Assembly: GCF_009914755.1 (NCBI RefSeq)
Contig: NC_060931.1
Reading direction: 5' to 3' (one strand)
From: the human T2T-CHM13v2.0 reference genome, Homo sapiens
DNA length: 64,000 nt
Position 1 is the first letter of the stretch. Each line of letters begins with the position of its first letter. The notes below the pieces were generated by a model. That model searched no databases. It had not been told where the DNA came from and worked only from the letters and a program-made list of their open reading frames with translations. The translations under genes were made by a program, and so were the position numbers. Positions 60,701 through 64,000 of the stretch are shown here, piece after piece.

Positions 60701-60957
60701 AGACTAGCTCTTATCTCTGTGCTATTTCCAGATTTGTGAAGTATTTTACTCACTCTTATTCTAATATGACTTGTATAGAAGTCACTTGGTTTCAATTCAC
60801 ATTTATAATATTCAGTTTTACAAGCCTAAACTCTCTAAGCATATTTTATATTATTTTGAACGCACTTAATTTCTGGAAAAATTTTATTAATAGCATTACA
60901 TACAAAACAATTGTGTTGGGTGGCATTTTATCAACTTGAGGCAAAAGTGAAACTGCC

Positions 60958-61178
60958 TGTATTGTCTGCTTGGGCTGCCATAACAGTGAAGTTAACAGAG
61001 TACAGAGTTGTTGGCTTAAAGAGCAGAAATTTCTTTTCTCCTAGCTCTGGAGGCTGGACGTCCAAAATCAATTTTACCTTAATTATTCCTTAAAGCCCCT
61101 ATCTCCAAAGACAGTCACACTGGGGGTTAGAGCTCTAATTTTTAAACTTGGGTGGGGGACACAATTCAGTCCACAGCA
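60958..61178 (-). mobile_element. MLT1A-like MaLR solo LTR, internally deleted
   Basis: tgtattgtctgcttgggctgccataaca...gggacacaattcagtccacagca. Perfect 5-bp TSD ctgcc. Confidence 0.82.
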
Positions 61179-61251
61179 CTGCCTCAATGGGACCTAAAAA
61201 CATGATGAAGAGAAGAACCAGATCATTACACCCTGAGTCAAAATCCATAAA

Positions 61252-61525
61252 GGGCCTGGGCATGGTGGTTCATGTCTGTAATCCCAGCACTTTAGGAGAC
61301 TGAGGTGGGAGGATTTCTTGAGCCCACAAGTTTGAGACCATCCTGGGCAGCAAGGTGAGGCCTCATCTCTACAAAAACTTTAAAAGTTAGCCAGCCATGG
61401 TGGTATGGGCCTGTAGTACCAGATGCTTGCATGGCTGAGGCTGGAGGATCCCTTGAATTTGAGGCAGCAGTGAGCTATGATGGCCTGGAGGACCGAATGA
61501 GTCCCTGTCTCTTAAAAAAAAAAAA
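61252..61525 (+). mobile_element. AluJ
   Basis: Diverged Alu with cttgagccc...gtttgagacc and gagctatgat. Confidence 0.85.
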
Positions 61526-61943
61526 TCCCTAAAGGAACTGTGGTACACAAGTAAAAACAAAACAAAACAAAAATCAATCATTGAATATCAATGATGTAAC
61601 CATTTATTTGCTGTTTTGGGATCTATTTGGCTTACCTTTCTTCATCAACTTGTTTCCTAAGTCCTTGCCATAGGAATATCCTTACCTACTTAGAATGATA
61701 TAAAGATTCAGAAAGAAGTTGAAGGGGCATAATTATTACAGAAGGAGGACTGAGAAAGATGATTTAAGTAATTTAGAAATGAAAAATCCTCTCACTGACA
61801 AGTGGTATTCATCTCACTGCAGCATGCTCACCAAAAATCTCAGTTCAGTGTATTTTTATAAACTTAATGAACTGAAACCTAATTATAACAATTCATTTGG
61901 TCCAGATTACAAGGATAACTAAGAAGAGATTAAGAACATAAAA

Positions 61944-62239
<296 letters not shown>

Positions 62240-62476
62240 TTAGGGGCTGTGTATTTTTCTTTGAAGATGAGTTCAATTTTGGAAAACAGTAAAGTTTGGC
62301 AAATACAGTAGGTGATTAATTGGACAGTATATATAGATTATGCAACATGTTAATAAATGGACTGACTTCCTGTGCAGTTGAAACCAGTTCTTTTGAGGAC
62401 ATAGTTGGTGAAGTGCATCCACTGAGAGTTTTGTGTTCTGAGTTTTGCTTTCACTGTTCTTCATGGGCCACTCTCT

Positions 62477-62777
62477 GTTTTTGTTGTTGTTTTGAGACAG
62501 TGTCTTGCTCTGTCGCCCAGGCTGTAGTGCAGTGGTGTGATCTCGGCTCACTGTGGCCTCCACCTCCTAGGTTCAAGTAATTCTTTTGCCTCACCTCCTG
62601 AGTAGCTGGAACAATAGGCATGCACCACCAAGCCCAGCTAATTTTTTGGTATTTTTAGTAGAGATGGGGATTCGCCATGTTGGCCAGTCAGGTCTCCAAC
62701 TCCTGGGCTCACGTGATCCCCCAGCCTCGACATCCCAAAGTGCTGGGATTCCAGGCCTGAGCCACTGTGCCCGGCCT
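62477..62777 (-). mobile_element. AluS/J
   Basis: Reverse Alu with a (TTG)n tail. Confidence 0.9.
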
Positions 62778-63699
62778 CAGCTCTCAGTTTTAAAACTAAT
62801 AACCTACGTTATAGATCTTGAGTTATTTAGTTCTCAGAATGACCTCCAGCTCTTTTGGCTTTTTCCCCTTGGTTTTATAGCAATGCTAGAGACCAGTGTA
62901 TGCTATACTTTTGCCTGAAAAGGTCTTAGAGACTTTAGTGACTGGGGAATGGAGAGAATATGGAGAGGCCAGAAGAACCGGGGCTCAAAAGAGCTCTTTG
63001 GAACTTTATCAACCCCTGGGGAAAATGAATACAATATGATTCCTTTCGTTTGTTGACCTCAGTGACATGAAAACAAACAAATTGCCAAGCCTTCTTGAGA
63101 TCCACAGGTCTTCATTTCACACTTAAAATGTGCCCAAAGATTCAACTGTGATGACTTCATAAAGTCTGGGGCTAATCAAATATTTATTATTTTATGACAT
63201 TGGTTCTAAACTTGTTTTCTCACAAAAATGATCCTAACATAGAAAAGATTGCAGGTTTAAATTTAAGTAGTGTTTTGCTCCTGATGGATTAAAGAAAGGA
63301 CTGAGAGGGCGTATTTCAGGATTGGGTAAAATAAAGAGTAGGATGAATAGCAGGAAGTGAAAGAGGCTAAATAAAGATGGGGAAAGACTTCAAAATACAG
63401 ACTAAGAACCTGAGGTTTTACCTGGGAGCATGATGGTACAGAGGAAGGATTTATGGAAAGAACATTCCTTTGCTAATTTAAGGGTTGTCCTAAATGACAC
63501 GGGAAAAGACAAAAAGGGATGAAAATTAGTAGAGAAGTCTATTAGTAGAGAGGGAGGAATGAATCAGCAGAGCACAGAGGAATAGAAGCTATCTGAAGAC
63601 TTTAAATTGAACAGGTAGTTTCACCATTTGACTTTTAGCATTCCAGAAAACTGGGATTCTGCTTTTCTTGAAAGAGCAGATTATGTCAGTAAATAGCCT

Positions 63700-64000
63700 A
63701 GTGATTCAAAAGGTGGCTGCTGACTGTTATCACCTGGAACTTGGTAGAAATGCATGATCTCAGGCCCCTCATTTTAAGGGTCTCAGGTAGTTTCCATGCA
63801 CATTAAGTTTAAGAAGCACTAGGACTGCAATTGGGAAGATGGATTATGATGTTAGAAGGACTGAGTCGAGTCCTACCTGTCATAGTCTTTCTTCTAAAGG
63901 TGCCACTGTGGGCAAGTTACTTCATATCATTAAGCCTCAATTTTCTTATTTGCAACACAATGGAAATGTAATACCTACCTCAAAGAGTTATTAGGATGAA
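63700..64000. mobile_element. MER5-like remnant followed by MIR
   Basis: atcacctggaacttggtagaaatgca...aagtttaagaagcact, then gggcaagttactt...gcctcaattttctt...aatacctacctc. Confidence 0.6.

Overview
Primate (most likely human) genomic DNA, AT-rich and dominated by interspersed repeats: Alu, L1, ERV/MaLR LTRs, MER DNA transposons, L2 and MIR. The first ~17.4 kb is the 3' end of a + strand protein-coding gene that I could not name. It shows the end of an internal exon (1-24, ...FNRLYGGK|gtaatt), a ~16.7 kb intron, and a terminal coding exon (16687-16890) with a 3' UTR and a canonical poly(A) signal at 17418. The rest looks intergenic. It holds a processed RPL7A pseudogene (- strand, with TSD), a full-length 6.1 kb L1PA (- strand) nested in an L1MA nested in an ancient ERVL provirus, an internally deleted L1PA and a very young AluYa. 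Almost all ORFs in the track are translations of repeats. I see no evidence for a novel multi-gene system, CRISPR array, tRNA or rRNA. The best leads are small-scale: a candidate cassette exon that would shift the terminal exon into alternative reading frames; TE-donated p53 and CTCF motifs in the last intron; L1 3' transductions; a tail-less inverted L1 fragment; a fold-back hairpin scar; and a possibly polymorphic AluYa. Repeat subfamily names come from my recall of consensus sequences and should be confirmed with RepeatMasker/Dfam.
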